From NCBI GenBank assembly GCA_903894565.1, contig CAITQP010000009.1, positions 8,576-72,575 of the forward strand: a stretch of DNA of 64,000 nucleotides, given 5' to 3'. The notes under the pieces are model-generated. The model did not search any database. It had not been told where the DNA came from and saw only the letters and a program-made list of their open reading frames with translations. Numbering within the stretch: the first letter of the stretch is position 1; each line of letters opens with the position of its first letter. Made by a program: the position numbers and the translations under genes. Of the stretch, positions 37,019 to 46,776 are shown in pieces. The DNA is from an uncultured bacterium. Lineage in GTDB: Bacteria; Patescibacteriota; Minisyncoccia; Phycocordibacterales; UBA9973.

Positions 37019-37126
37019 TTTTTGGTTTCGCGTAGTTGTAAAAAGGTCTCTGGTTAGACTCTTTTTTGACCTTTAGTAACAATATGTTATTGTGCTAATA
37101 ATAATTACATTTTAAATAACCTCCAT

Positions 37127-37411
37127 ATGCGAATTGAAGATCTAATCGGCGAGTATGAAAGAACCTGTGGTATGATTTCTAATCAAATAGAAAACCACAA
37201 GCTGGTCTTAGCCCACGCAAGTGCATTTACTGCTGTCATTACCGCAGCATGCGAAGAAATTGGTGTTACCTACCCAAGCGGTTTTGATAAAACAGAAATG
37301 AGAACTGTATTGAAAAAATTACAGGATTGTTCTGTATTTACTTCAACAAAGACCGAGACAGCGTTTGGTGACTACCTGTATTTTACAAGACAGGATATTA
37401 CTCATCAATGA
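37127..37411 (+). CDS. hypothetical small protein
   Basis: 94 aa ORF, AT-rich, followed by a terminator. Confidence 0.35.
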   Translation: MRIEDLIGEYERTCGMISNQIENHKLVLAHASAFTAVITAACEEIGVTYPSGFDKTEMRTVLKKLQDCSVFTSTKTETAFGDYLYFTRQDITHQ

Positions 37412-37420
37412 TGAGTAATA

Positions 37421-37449
37421 AAAATGGCACAACAATTGTGCCATTTTTA
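37421..37449. terminator. bidirectional terminator hairpin
   Basis: aaaatggcacaacaattgtgccatttt. Confidence 0.55.
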
Positions 37450-37458
37450 TTACCTATT

Positions 37459-38577
37459 TTATTTCAAAGCCTTAATTCCAGGCAATGTTCCCTTCGCGAG
37501 ATAGTCGAGCGTCGCACCGCCACCGGTTGAGACGAAAGTAAATTTGTCTGCGAGCTTCTTGCGTTCGACGAGTACTGAGGTGTCCCCGCCGCCGATGATT
37601 GTTTCCGCCTTTGCTTCAGCAAGCAGTTTCAAAAGTGCGCCTGTTGCCTTTGTATATCCTCCTTCGTAATATCCCATTGGTCCATTCCAGAGAATGAGTT
37701 TCGCTTTTTTGATTATCGGTGCGAGCGCCTCGATCGAGGGCACACCGACATCGAGAATTGATTCATCTGTTTGAACATCATTCACAGAAGTCGTGCGAGA
37801 TTTTTTGTTCGCATTCGCGACGACGACACTTTCGGGCATAATGAGTTTCTTGTTCTTGATCATCGCGCCAAGTGGAGGAAGATTCTCATCAGTCTTCGAT
37901 GTTCCGACGTTTGCACCATTTGCTTTGAAAAAATTGTTCGCGAGAATTCCTCCGATGAACACGTTGTCTGCTTCTTTAAGGTATCGTTTCAAAAGTGGAA
38001 TCTTGGTTTCAGCTTTGCCTCCGCCGAGAATGAAAAGGAATGGACGTTTTGGTTTCAATACTTTTGAAAGCTCTTTTACTTCCCGTTCAAACTGTAACCC
38101 CGCATAGGAAGGCAGGAGTTTTGCGAGAGCAACAACTGACGCATCTGCACGGTGTGAGACAGGAAATGCTTCGTTGACATACATATCACCAAGCGCGGCG
38201 AGTGCTTTTGCAAATACTTTGTCGCCAGCCTTCTCACCGGGATTCGAACGAAGATTTTCGAGCAAAACAACATCGCCATTTTTCATATCTGCGAGTGCTT
38301 CCTCAACTTTTGTTCCAAGCAATTCTTCGACGAAACGTACGGGTACATGTTTTTTGAGCGCACGATATACGGGCTTGAGGGATTCTTCTGGGTCACGACC
38401 GATGTGACTGATAAGAACAACACGTGCCCCTTTTTTCTGAAGGAGCTTGATTGTTGGCAATGCAACGAGAATACGTGTGGCATCGAGAATCTTGCCATCG
38501 GCAAGTGGAACATTGAAATCTGCGCGCACGAGTACGTATTTGCCTTTGCAATCCTTGATTGATTTAACGGAGGTCAT
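37459..38577 (-). CDS. pgk: phosphoglycerate kinase
   Basis: MTSVKSIKDCKGKYVLVRADFNVP start and PGK hinge motifs. Trimmed from ORF 37459..38718. Confidence 0.9.
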   Translation of the reverse strand: MTSVKSIKDCKGKYVLVRADFNVPLADGKILDATRILVALPTIKLLQKKGARVVLISHIGRDPEESLKPVYRALKKHVPVRFVEELLGTKVEEALADMKNGDVVLLENLRSNPGEKAGDKVFAKALAALGDMYVNEAFPVSHRADASVVALAKLLPSYAGLQFEREVKELSKVLKPKRPFLFILGGGKAETKIPLLKRYLKEADNVFIGGILANNFFKANGANVGTSKTDENLPPLGAMIKNKKLIMPESVVVANANKKSRTTSVNDVQTDESILDVGVPSIEALAPIIKKAKLILWNGPMGYYEGGYTKATGALLKLLAEAKAETIIGGGDTSVLVERKKLADKFTFVSTGGGATLDYLAKGTLPGIKALK

Positions 38578-39352
38578 TGGTTGTATTAATAGTATTAGCG
38601 ACTTGTAATAGTGCGACGAACTTTTTTGGAGTAAGACTTGCACGTCCAGGGAGTAATCCGTCAGCGTGTCCCCCAATGAGAAATCCGATCGCGTTCTTTT
38701 CGTCCACAGAACCACCATACAAAATTTTTATTTTCTCCATCGCAGCATTGCCATACAAATCAGAAAGGACTTTTTTGATATAAATGCGCATTTCAAGACA
38801 ATCTTCAGGAGTAGCGTCTCGGCGATTCTCTGTCGTCGAGAGTGCCCAAACAGGCTCGTACGCAATAACAATTTTTTGAGCCGAAGCTTTTGAAATACCA
38901 GCAAAACATTCTTCAATTTGTGTCTTGATTGTACTCAAGTACCACATATCGTGATCTCGTTCCGTTTCTCCAATACAAAGAACGGGGGTCATTTGAGCCA
39001 GGAGCACAAGCATGAGCTTCTTGTTGATAAAGGCATTCGTCTCGCCAAGTGTCCGACGCTCTGAATGACCGAGAATAACGTATTTTGTTTTGATCGATTT
39101 GAGCATCGATACTGAAACTTCACCAGTGAATGCGCCTTCCTTTTCTGCAGAGACGTTTTGGGCGGCAATTGCGAGCGACGTAGTCGCGAGCTTTCCGAGT
39201 GACGAAAGATACACAAACGGAGCAGCAATTCCGGCATCAACATTTCGTAATTTAGGAAGTTGTTTTTTAATTTGGGTAAAATGAGCCTCGGCCTCACGGA
39301 GAGACTTTGGATTCATTTTCCAATTACCAATAACGAGTTTTTTCTTATGCAT
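38564..39352 (-). CDS. tpiA: triosephosphate isomerase
   Basis: LVIGNWKMN, ILGHSERR, IAYEPVWA.. motifs. Start at MHKKKL. Confidence 0.9.
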   Translation of the reverse strand: MHKKKLVIGNWKMNPKSLREAEAHFTQIKKQLPKLRNVDAGIAAPFVYLSSLGKLATTSLAIAAQNVSAEKEGAFTGEVSVSMLKSIKTKYVILGHSERRTLGETNAFINKKLMLVLLAQMTPVLCIGETERDHDMWYLSTIKTQIEECFAGISKASAQKIVIAYEPVWALSTTENRRDATPEDCLEMRIYIKKVLSDLYGNAAMEKIKILYGGSVDEKNAIGFLIGGHADGLLPGRASLTPKKFVALLQVANTINTTNDLR

Positions 39353-39424
39353 GGGTGGATTATAGCACGCCCGCGCGCGCACAAAAATGCACTCTACGCC
39401 AAATACTCGAGGCGCGCGGGCGTG

Positions 39425-40702
39425 CTAATTTGTCTCTTTCCAAAACAGAATTGTCGGCGGTGTGCTTGCCCCAGTTGAAAATACCGTTCCGAGAAGTGCC
39501 GAATCATATGTAACCGAGGAAGTATCAGCAAGATGCACGGCCTGCCCCGCCACAAAACTCGCTGAGGCAGTCCCATTGAGTACTGCCGTTCCTCCACGTG
39601 CATACACGATTGCAGAACCTGTTCCTCGATACAATACAGCACTGGTACTTGTACTATTTGAAAGGAGTAAAACATAGCTTCCCGGAGTCCCCGAACCGAC
39701 AATATGACTCGCACCTGAAGTTGTAATCGTACCATCGACAATAATCATTCCACTATTTGCTCCAAAACTTGAAGAGAGGTTGATGCTTCCTGCCCCTGTA
39801 ATCGTAAGATTCCCTGTCACCCAGAGAACACCCGAGAGCGTCAAATTCGCAGAATCTGGTATCGTCAGGTCGCCACTAATCTTTTTTGGGCCAAGCGTAA
39901 CTCCAGCCAAAGAAACACTGTAACTTCCAGAGATAACTCCCCCGCTCACAGCATCTGCTTCCCACCCCGAAATATCAGTACTCGTAATTGGAAGCTCTTC
40001 GTAGACAGGATCAGGATAAGTCGAACACGGACCAGAAGAACTCACCACGAGCGTACAGTAGAGTACCCCCGTCGCGTTCGTATAATCAACAGTATGTGCA
40101 TACACATTACCAACACCACCAACGCCCACATGAATCGGATGCGCAGCATCTTCTCCCGTAATCACCCCATACGTCCCCGACGATGAATTCGCAACAGTCG
40201 CAGTACCACCAATACTTACACCATCTTGTCCATGAACCTGCGCGTCTGCGTGAATATCACCCGTAACTGAGGATGAATCGGCCATGTCCAAACCTCCATC
40301 GTCAGTCATTACCGCGTAGCGAAGTGGGATTCCCGTGCCAACAATCGCACGCAATGTACTGGTACGTTCGTCTCCTAATGAGTTCCCAGTGCCGGCAATC
40401 TCCTCAACACCTCCACCCATATTTGTGATTGTTGTCGCAGCAGAAACATTGCCAATAAAAAATGAGGTGCTTGAACCAAGGTGCATTCCATTTTTAAGAC
40501 GATAATATGCATCCTCAACTCCAGATTCTCCTGCACTATAACTTTGACGTGAAGTAATTGCATCAAGTCCAATACGATACTCACGTGCCGCGGGAGCAGA
40601 CAATCCAAGCACGAGAAGTACCGAGGCGAGAATAAAGAAGATCACTGCGATCATCATCGCAGCTCCCCGTTCAGTATTTTGTTGGAATAATTGCATACTC
40701 AT
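39425..40702 (-). CDS. large membrane-anchored Gly/Ser/Thr-rich protein, likely pilus-associated
   Basis: 425 aa. N-terminal TM. Repetitive G/S/T-rich beta-rich sequence. First gene downstream of three pseudopilin genes. Confidence 0.45.
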   Translation of the reverse strand: MSMQLFQQNTERGAAMMIAVIFFILASVLLVLGLSAPAAREYRIGLDAITSRQSYSAGESGVEDAYYRLKNGMHLGSSTSFFIGNVSAATTITNMGGGVEEIAGTGNSLGDERTSTLRAIVGTGIPLRYAVMTDDGGLDMADSSSVTGDIHADAQVHGQDGVSIGGTATVANSSSGTYGVITGEDAAHPIHVGVGGVGNVYAHTVDYTNATGVLYCTLVVSSSGPCSTYPDPVYEELPITSTDISGWEADAVSGGVISGSYSVSLAGVTLGPKKISGDLTIPDSANLTLSGVLWVTGNLTITGAGSINLSSSFGANSGMIIVDGTITTSGASHIVGSGTPGSYVLLLSNSTSTSAVLYRGTGSAIVYARGGTAVLNGTASASFVAGQAVHLADTSSVTYDSALLGTVFSTGASTPPTILFWKETN

Positions 40703-40708
40703 ATTCGT

Positions 40709-41257
40709 TTAATAACTTCCACGAAGCGCGACAGTATCAGTCAACGATATCGAACGATCAATTGGCGAGCGGAGTGAATGAAGTGTCATTTCAACACGCA
40801 CGGCACTTCCGTGTGCTGAAACAATTTTCCGGAAAATAAGAGACGTAACTGAAACACTTTCTCCCGTCAGATCTGTTGCCGCACCATAACTGCTATCGGT
40901 CATTTCAAGCGCTCCACTGACCGTATCAAATACTACTGTTTTTGGTGCACCTGAAACATCAGTCGCGTTTAATTTAAGGACCCCGGGATTTGTAGCAAAC
41001 ACGCTTGTGGTCAAATCAATACTTGTTGCTCCACGTATTTCACGAGTGACTCGCTCCATTGATACATGTGCCGAATCAAGTAGATCGTTTGTCGAACGCA
41101 TCACTCGATAACTCTTGGTCATGCCGATCAAACAACTAATCAACACCGTTGAGAGTGTAATAAAAAGCATCATGTACACAATAATTTCAACGAACGAATA
41201 CCCTCCCTCTGAATGAGTCTTATCGCCAGTATGTAATTGCTGTTTTCTATTCCACAT
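40709..41257 (-). CDS. type IV pilin-like (pseudopilin) protein
   Basis: Prepilin motif G-YSFVE with Glu at +5 followed by a hydrophobic helix. Confidence 0.6.
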   Translation of the reverse strand: MWNRKQQLHTGDKTHSEGGYSFVEIIVYMMLFITLSTVLISCLIGMTKSYRVMRSTNDLLDSAHVSMERVTREIRGATSIDLTTSVFATNPGVLKLNATDVSGAPKTVVFDTVSGALEMTDSSYGAATDLTGESVSVTSLIFRKIVSAHGSAVRVEMTLHSLRSPIDRSISLTDTVALRGSY

Positions 41258-41260
41258 ATA

Positions 41261-41761
41261 TTATGAAAAAATATCCGAGAGATAAAATGAATCCGTCTTC
41301 GTCTGTACCTGTCCGTTACTCTCTCTCCACGTAACAGTTTCCGTAAAGAAACGTGTCCCCGTATCAAGCGTCCCCGAAACATCAATATCATCCCCCGCAT
41401 TACGTACGACGTTCGATGGAACAATCGATCGAGTATATGCACCAACCTGTCCATCTGCCGGGTTTGTTGAAAGCGACCAAGTATTCGTAGCTGAATCAAA
41501 TAGAGGATAGTATGTATCGCCGGCCGTTAAGCTCGAAATAGTTGCCCAGCTGTCGTCTCGAACAATCCGCGTTGCCTCTGATCCCTCTTCAAGTAATAAG
41601 GCAGCCGTATACGTGTTGAGTGCACGATGAGACACCGCAATGGATCTTCCCGCAATCGCAATAATTGAAACGAGTGACAAAGAAATAATCCCCGTTGCGA
41701 TAACGATTTCTACAAGGTTAAATCCTTTCTCTCCTGAATTATGTACAGATGAAAATATCAT
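41261..41761 (-). CDS. type IV pilin-like (pseudopilin) protein
   Basis: Prepilin motif KG-FNLVE with E at +5, hydrophobic N-terminal helix. Confidence 0.65.
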   Translation of the reverse strand: MIFSSVHNSGEKGFNLVEIVIATGIISLSLVSIIAIAGRSIAVSHRALNTYTAALLLEEGSEATRIVRDDSWATISSLTAGDTYYPLFDSATNTWSLSTNPADGQVGAYTRSIVPSNVVRNAGDDIDVSGTLDTGTRFFTETVTWRESNGQVQTKTDSFYLSDIFS

Positions 41762-41782
41762 TTATATTCAAGCACAAAAAAC

Positions 41783-42271
41783 TTATCGACTACTCGCTTG
41801 CCCGGCATGAGTAATTGTAACTGTTTTCGCACCACTTGTAGATGCAGCCTCTCGCACAACAAAAGTGCCGTCTTCTTCTGTATCACCTGTAAGTGAATCA
41901 AAAATAACATCACTACCTCCACCGGTAAGCGATATTGATGTAATCTCTGCAGAACGATCAATCAGTACTACGCGGTTATCTACGGCAGTAGACGAATATG
42001 TCGTACCAGAAAAGAGAACTGCTTTTGTCGTCTCGAGATGTACACCGTATTGAGATCCAGATTCATGAGCGAGCGTACGCGATCGAGCTTCGTCGAGAAG
42101 TGCAGTGACGTCTCCCACACCGTTATCAATCGCTTGATGCCCAAGAAATGTTCCAAGGTTCAACGCAACGACGCCAGACAAAATACCAATCACAACAATA
42201 CCAATCATAAGCTGAAGAAGCATGAAACCTCGTGATTTTTTTTGAGAGAAGAATGATTTCATACAATACAT
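41783..42271 (-). CDS. type IV pilin-like protein (Gln at +5)
   Basis: RG-FMLLQLMIGIVVIG prepilin-like N-terminus. Confidence 0.5.
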   Translation of the reverse strand: MYCMKSFFSQKKSRGFMLLQLMIGIVVIGILSGVVALNLGTFLGHQAIDNGVGDVTALLDEARSRTLAHESGSQYGVHLETTKAVLFSGTTYSSTAVDNRVVLIDRSAEITSISLTGGGSDVIFDSLTGDTEEDGTFVVREAASTSGAKTVTITHAGQASSR

Positions 42272-42274
42272 TTG

Positions 42275-43492
42275 TTATGACGAAAGTGTACTCACAAGAC
42301 CGTACATCGGTGAAATCATTGATACGGCAAAAAATCCAACGGCAGCCCCGATAAAAATCATAAGTATCGGCTCAACGATCGTTGAAAGATTCTTTGTTTG
42401 GGCATCCACCTCTTCTTCATAATACGTAGCAATATCGGCAAGCATCGATGTTAAGGCACCAGTCTCCTCGCCGACAGCAACCATCTCTCCCACCATGATT
42501 GGATACAGATCTGGTGCTCCTTTAAACACCGAAGAAAGTGTTTCTCCCTTTTGGAGAGCTATACTCGCGCGCTCAAGCACGTCTTTGTAGTATGAATTTT
42601 GCACAACATCTTTTGTGATTGAAAGGGCGCGTGTCATTTCTACGCCCGCAGACAAAAGTGACGAAAGTGTTCGAGCCGTGCGGGCAGTATTTACTTCCTG
42701 AACAATACTTCGAATCGCTGGAAAAGCCAGTGCGATGCGATCATTCGTTCGTTGCATTTGTTTAGAATTAAAAAAGTAGAAAAAAGCAGCAAATACAACA
42801 ACGAGACAATCAAGGAAAAAGATTGGATGAGTTGAAACAGCATCTGAAATCGTAATCACGAATTGAGTCGATGCTGGCAGTTTTGTTCCAAAATCCTTAA
42901 AAATTTTCGTTAGTGTCGGAACGACGAATACAAGCATCAATGCCCCAATAAGCAGAATCGCAGAAATGACAATCGTTGGATACATTAATGCTCCGCGAAC
43001 TTTGCGATTCAATTTATAACTTTTTTCAAGGTTGTCACCGATTTCCTTCAACGTCCCTGCAAGATTTCCTGATTCCTCACCCGCACGTACCATTGATACA
43101 ACAAGCGGAGGAAAAACATCGGCAAATTTTGCGAGACCTTCGGACAAAGTGCCTCCTTGATTGATCGTCGCAAGTAAACCATCAAAAATGGTGACAAGCA
43201 TCGCGTTCTTGTTTTGTTTCTTTTCGACTTCAAGCGCTCGAAACAACGGCAACCCAGCGGAAAGCATGCCCGCCAAGTTATGCATGAATACGATTTTTTC
43301 ATGCAAACTCACATGAGCGAAGATGCGAGAAAATCCAAGTGCTACTCGATTTTTAGGTATGATCTCATGAACAGTAATCGGGGTCTGTGCTCGTTCACGA
43401 AGTTCCTTTGCGACAGTAAAACGATCGGCCGCTTCAAGCGTGCCTTCGATTGTTTCTCCTTGCGCATCTCGCGCTGTATAAGCAAATAGCAT
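42275..43492 (-). CDS. pilC: type IV pilus assembly platform protein PilC (GspF family)
   Basis: 405 aa, two GspF repeats, 3 TM. Confidence 0.85.
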   Translation of the reverse strand: MLFAYTARDAQGETIEGTLEAADRFTVAKELRERAQTPITVHEIIPKNRVALGFSRIFAHVSLHEKIVFMHNLAGMLSAGLPLFRALEVEKKQNKNAMLVTIFDGLLATINQGGTLSEGLAKFADVFPPLVVSMVRAGEESGNLAGTLKEIGDNLEKSYKLNRKVRGALMYPTIVISAILLIGALMLVFVVPTLTKIFKDFGTKLPASTQFVITISDAVSTHPIFFLDCLVVVFAAFFYFFNSKQMQRTNDRIALAFPAIRSIVQEVNTARTARTLSSLLSAGVEMTRALSITKDVVQNSYYKDVLERASIALQKGETLSSVFKGAPDLYPIMVGEMVAVGEETGALTSMLADIATYYEEEVDAQTKNLSTIVEPILMIFIGAAVGFFAVSMISPMYGLVSTLSS

Positions 43493-43503
43493 TGTAGTAA
43501 AAA

Positions 43504-45255
43504 TTATTCAGAGATAACACGGAGCACTTCCTCTGTCGTCGTCAGTCCCTGCACCGCAAGGAAAATCCCATCCTCAAGCATCGTCATCATTCCCTCCTTA
43601 CGTGCTTGATCGTTGATCAAGTCTTGAGACGCACCCTTCAAGATCAATTCTCGGATTGTTTGTGTCACGGTCAGCACCTCGTGAATTCCAACACGTCCTT
43701 TGTAACCATCTTCTGACTCTTCGCTTTTCTTTGGGCGGTAAAATGGAATTTGTTGCCAGGTAATCGTCGCATCAATAATTTTTTCTTTTTTCAAAAGTGC
43801 GAGCATCGCATCAAGATCAATGAGTTTACCGAGGGCTGCGAGTTCGGCATCGTTCAGCACATACTTTTCGCGCGCATGAGTGAGTCGGCGAACAAGACGC
43901 TGCGCCATCACTGTCTTTACTGTTGATACGATCAAGAATGGCTCAATACCCATATCAATCATACGAGGAATCGCTCCAGCGGCACTGTTCGTATGTATAG
44001 TTGAAAGCACTAGGTGACCAGTCAGCGAAGCATTCACTGCAAGGCCAGCTGTTTCTCCGTCACGAATTTCTCCCACCATGATGATGTCCGGATCCTGACG
44101 AAGCAATGTGCGAAGGCCGTTTGCAAACGTAAGACCGATCTCAGGTTTTACTTGTGTCTGGTTGATGCGTGGTACCTGATATTCGATTGGATCTTCAACA
44201 GTAGAGATGTTCACATCAGGAGTATTCAGAATATCGAGCATCGTATAAAGTGTGGTTGTTTTTCCACTTCCTGTTGGTCCAGCCGCAAGAATCATTCCTG
44301 CGCGTTGCTTCATCGCCGCATGAATACGTTCAAGCGCGTCACCGTGAAATCCAAGATTCTCAAGTGTATATCCATGTGAACTTTCACGGAGCAAACGAAG
44401 TACCGTCTTCTCACCATAGTAGGTTGGGAGTGTCGAAACACGGAAAGAGACTTTTTCTCCATCGCTTTCCATCTTGAAACGACCGTCTTGAGGAAGACGT
44501 TTTTCGTCGAGCTTCAATCCTGAAAGCACTTTGATACGGGCAGTCAAACCTGGCGCGACATCTTTTGGTAACGTCATCGCATCATGCAAAATACCATCGA
44601 TGCGATAGCGAACAACAAGCGATTCCTCTCCTGGCTCAATATGAATGTCAGATGCATTCTGACTGATCGCATGAGCAATAAGCGTGTCGGCAATTTTAAC
44701 AATAGGCAAATCTTCGGCAAGTGCTTTCAATTCCTTTTCACTTGCGTCAGCAGGCAATCCTTCAGCAATCGTTTTCGCAGAAACTGATTCCTTGGCGATA
44801 ATCGCATCGAATTCTGCTTTGAGACTTTTCTTGTATTGCTGAAGTGCCGATTTGATCGAAGCCTCATCAGTCAAACATGGAACAATCTTGAGTCCAGTCT
44901 TTTTCTTTACGAAATCAATCGTCGGGAGATCGTCAACATCAAGCATCGCGACCTGAAGACGATCGTCATTGCGCTTGAAGGCAACGACATTGTTTGTGCG
45001 AGCAATTGGTTCTGGAATCAGTGCAAGTACTTCTGGCTCAATTTTTTCATTTCCGAGGAATACAAACGGAATACCGATCACGTAAGCTTCAATACGTTTC
45101 AAATCTGCTGCTTTCAACTTTCCAGCTGCGACGAGCGCTTGTCCAATTTTTTCTCCCTTCCCTTCAATTGTTTTTTCTGCAGCGGTAATGTCTGTTGTCG
45201 ACACAAGTCCACTTTCAACAATAAATCTTTTGAGTTGCTCAGGATTAATTTGCAT
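43504..45255 (-). CDS. pilB: type IV pilus assembly ATPase PilB (GspE family)
   Basis: 583 aa with Walker A LAAGPTGSGKTTTLY, Asp box, His box and N-terminal GSPII_E_N-like domains. Confidence 0.9.
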   Translation of the reverse strand: MQINPEQLKRFIVESGLVSTTDITAAEKTIEGKGEKIGQALVAAGKLKAADLKRIEAYVIGIPFVFLGNEKIEPEVLALIPEPIARTNNVVAFKRNDDRLQVAMLDVDDLPTIDFVKKKTGLKIVPCLTDEASIKSALQQYKKSLKAEFDAIIAKESVSAKTIAEGLPADASEKELKALAEDLPIVKIADTLIAHAISQNASDIHIEPGEESLVVRYRIDGILHDAMTLPKDVAPGLTARIKVLSGLKLDEKRLPQDGRFKMESDGEKVSFRVSTLPTYYGEKTVLRLLRESSHGYTLENLGFHGDALERIHAAMKQRAGMILAAGPTGSGKTTTLYTMLDILNTPDVNISTVEDPIEYQVPRINQTQVKPEIGLTFANGLRTLLRQDPDIIMVGEIRDGETAGLAVNASLTGHLVLSTIHTNSAAGAIPRMIDMGIEPFLIVSTVKTVMAQRLVRRLTHAREKYVLNDAELAALGKLIDLDAMLALLKKEKIIDATITWQQIPFYRPKKSEESEDGYKGRVGIHEVLTVTQTIRELILKGASQDLINDQARKEGMMTMLEDGIFLAVQGLTTTEEVLRVISE

Positions 45256-45368
45256 TTGATGAATTAAATTACTCCTAGTAGTATACCAAAAAAAGAAATC
45301 TTACGACAGTAAATGAGACAAGTGGAAATGTATTTACTGATCTAAAAAATGAATCTCCGAGCTATTCA

Positions 45369-45408
45369 AAAAAATAACCTGTCTCGAAATCGAGACAGGT
45401 TATTTTTT
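45369..45408 (-). terminator. rho-independent terminator downstream of the 440-aa secreted protein gene
   Basis: aaaaataacctgtctcgaaatcgagacaggttatttttt. Confidence 0.6.
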
Positions 45409-45427
45409 AAATGATTTATGTATTCAA

Positions 45428-46750
45428 TTATGGTGTGACTGGCGTCAACAAGTATCCAGCGACAGGGAGTGGCCAAATATAGTGACCAGATGATCCTCCA
45501 CAGTAAGGGTGCGTTGTGGTAATACCATTCCAATAATAACCACTGTATGTACCAGCTCCACCACTGAGATATGATGAGCCATTGTCAGAAAAATATGCAC
45601 ATCCATAACCGTTTGAAGGATTTGAGATAACAGTGTAGAGCGGTGCGATGTTACCAGCGTGCAAAACGGTCGTAGCAACAGATGTCGCTTTGATCGCGTA
45701 AGCATATCCTGGAGCAGGATCTGTATACGTTGTATTCGCAAAATGCGATTCATTTCCAGTAACATTTATTCCTCCACCGACTACATCAAGCTTCGATCCA
45801 GAGGTGACAGCACCTGAACCTCCAAGTTTCAATGCACCTTGAATAGTAACCTGACCAGTCGATCCATCAATAGACATATGTCCACCAAGAACACCCGGAC
45901 CATCAAAATTCACAGTACCAGGAGCGACACTCAACACGGGGCTTGTTCCGTAATCGACGTCTGCACCGATACGTGATGTACCTGAGACAAAGAGTTTTGT
46001 ACTTGGGTAGATGTTTGTAGCCGTACCAAGCATCACAGTACCAGGGTTCGTATTATAAAGGCTGGTTCCTGAAACTGTCCAAGAGGGAGCAGTGGTTGTT
46101 CCGGTTGATGCCGTTGGACAATTCGATCCGTTCTGAAGACAGACTGGAATACCTTGAACATAAATTGTGTTGTAACCACTTGTACTTGTCGCAGGGACAG
46201 TACTTCCATCGTTTTGTGCGATACCGAGCGATCCACGAATACCAACACTTCCCGCAAACAACGCAGCACTTTGAGGCAAATTGGTCGCCGAATATGTTCC
46301 AACCAACGGATCGGCCTTCACATATAACTTAGGGACTTTTGCTGTTCCACTAACAGTAAACGTCGACCCGATAGAGACCAATCCTTGCAAGAAGGTAGCT
46401 CCCCAGTTTGAAAATCCATCGGTATCGGTAATTCCATTCACAGTGAATTTTGATACTGGTACCCAACCAGCAATTGGCGTAGGACACGGAATCGTTCCAA
46501 CGGTAAGATGTCCGTCCTTTTGTTGATCGAGTGATCCCACATTGATTGGAGCAGTAACATTTCCGGCCGGAGCAGTCGACGTTGGTGGTGTCCACGATGA
46601 AGCACCGTATGTTGAACAACCACTCGTACCTGTTGTCGTGGTCGTTGAACCAGAGCCTCCGGATGAGACGAGTGCAGCGTTTGCTAGTGGAGTAAAAGCA
46701 AGAAACGCGAGAACAAAAACTGAGAGACCGATTTTTTTTACCATATACAT
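45428..46750 (-). CDS. secreted Gly/Ser/Thr-rich protein (signal peptide), unknown function
   Basis: 440 aa, N-terminal signal peptide ..LANA^AL, low-complexity beta-rich. Confidence 0.5.
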   Translation of the reverse strand: MYMVKKIGLSVFVLAFLAFTPLANAALVSSGGSGSTTTTTGTSGCSTYGASSWTPPTSTAPAGNVTAPINVGSLDQQKDGHLTVGTIPCPTPIAGWVPVSKFTVNGITDTDGFSNWGATFLQGLVSIGSTFTVSGTAKVPKLYVKADPLVGTYSATNLPQSAALFAGSVGIRGSLGIAQNDGSTVPATSTSGYNTIYVQGIPVCLQNGSNCPTASTGTTTAPSWTVSGTSLYNTNPGTVMLGTATNIYPSTKLFVSGTSRIGADVDYGTSPVLSVAPGTVNFDGPGVLGGHMSIDGSTGQVTIQGALKLGGSGAVTSGSKLDVVGGGINVTGNESHFANTTYTDPAPGYAYAIKATSVATTVLHAGNIAPLYTVISNPSNGYGCAYFSDNGSSYLSGGAGTYSGYYWNGITTTHPYCGGSSGHYIWPLPVAGYLLTPVTP

Positions 46751-46776
46751 TATATTAATTGATTAAATAATAAGGA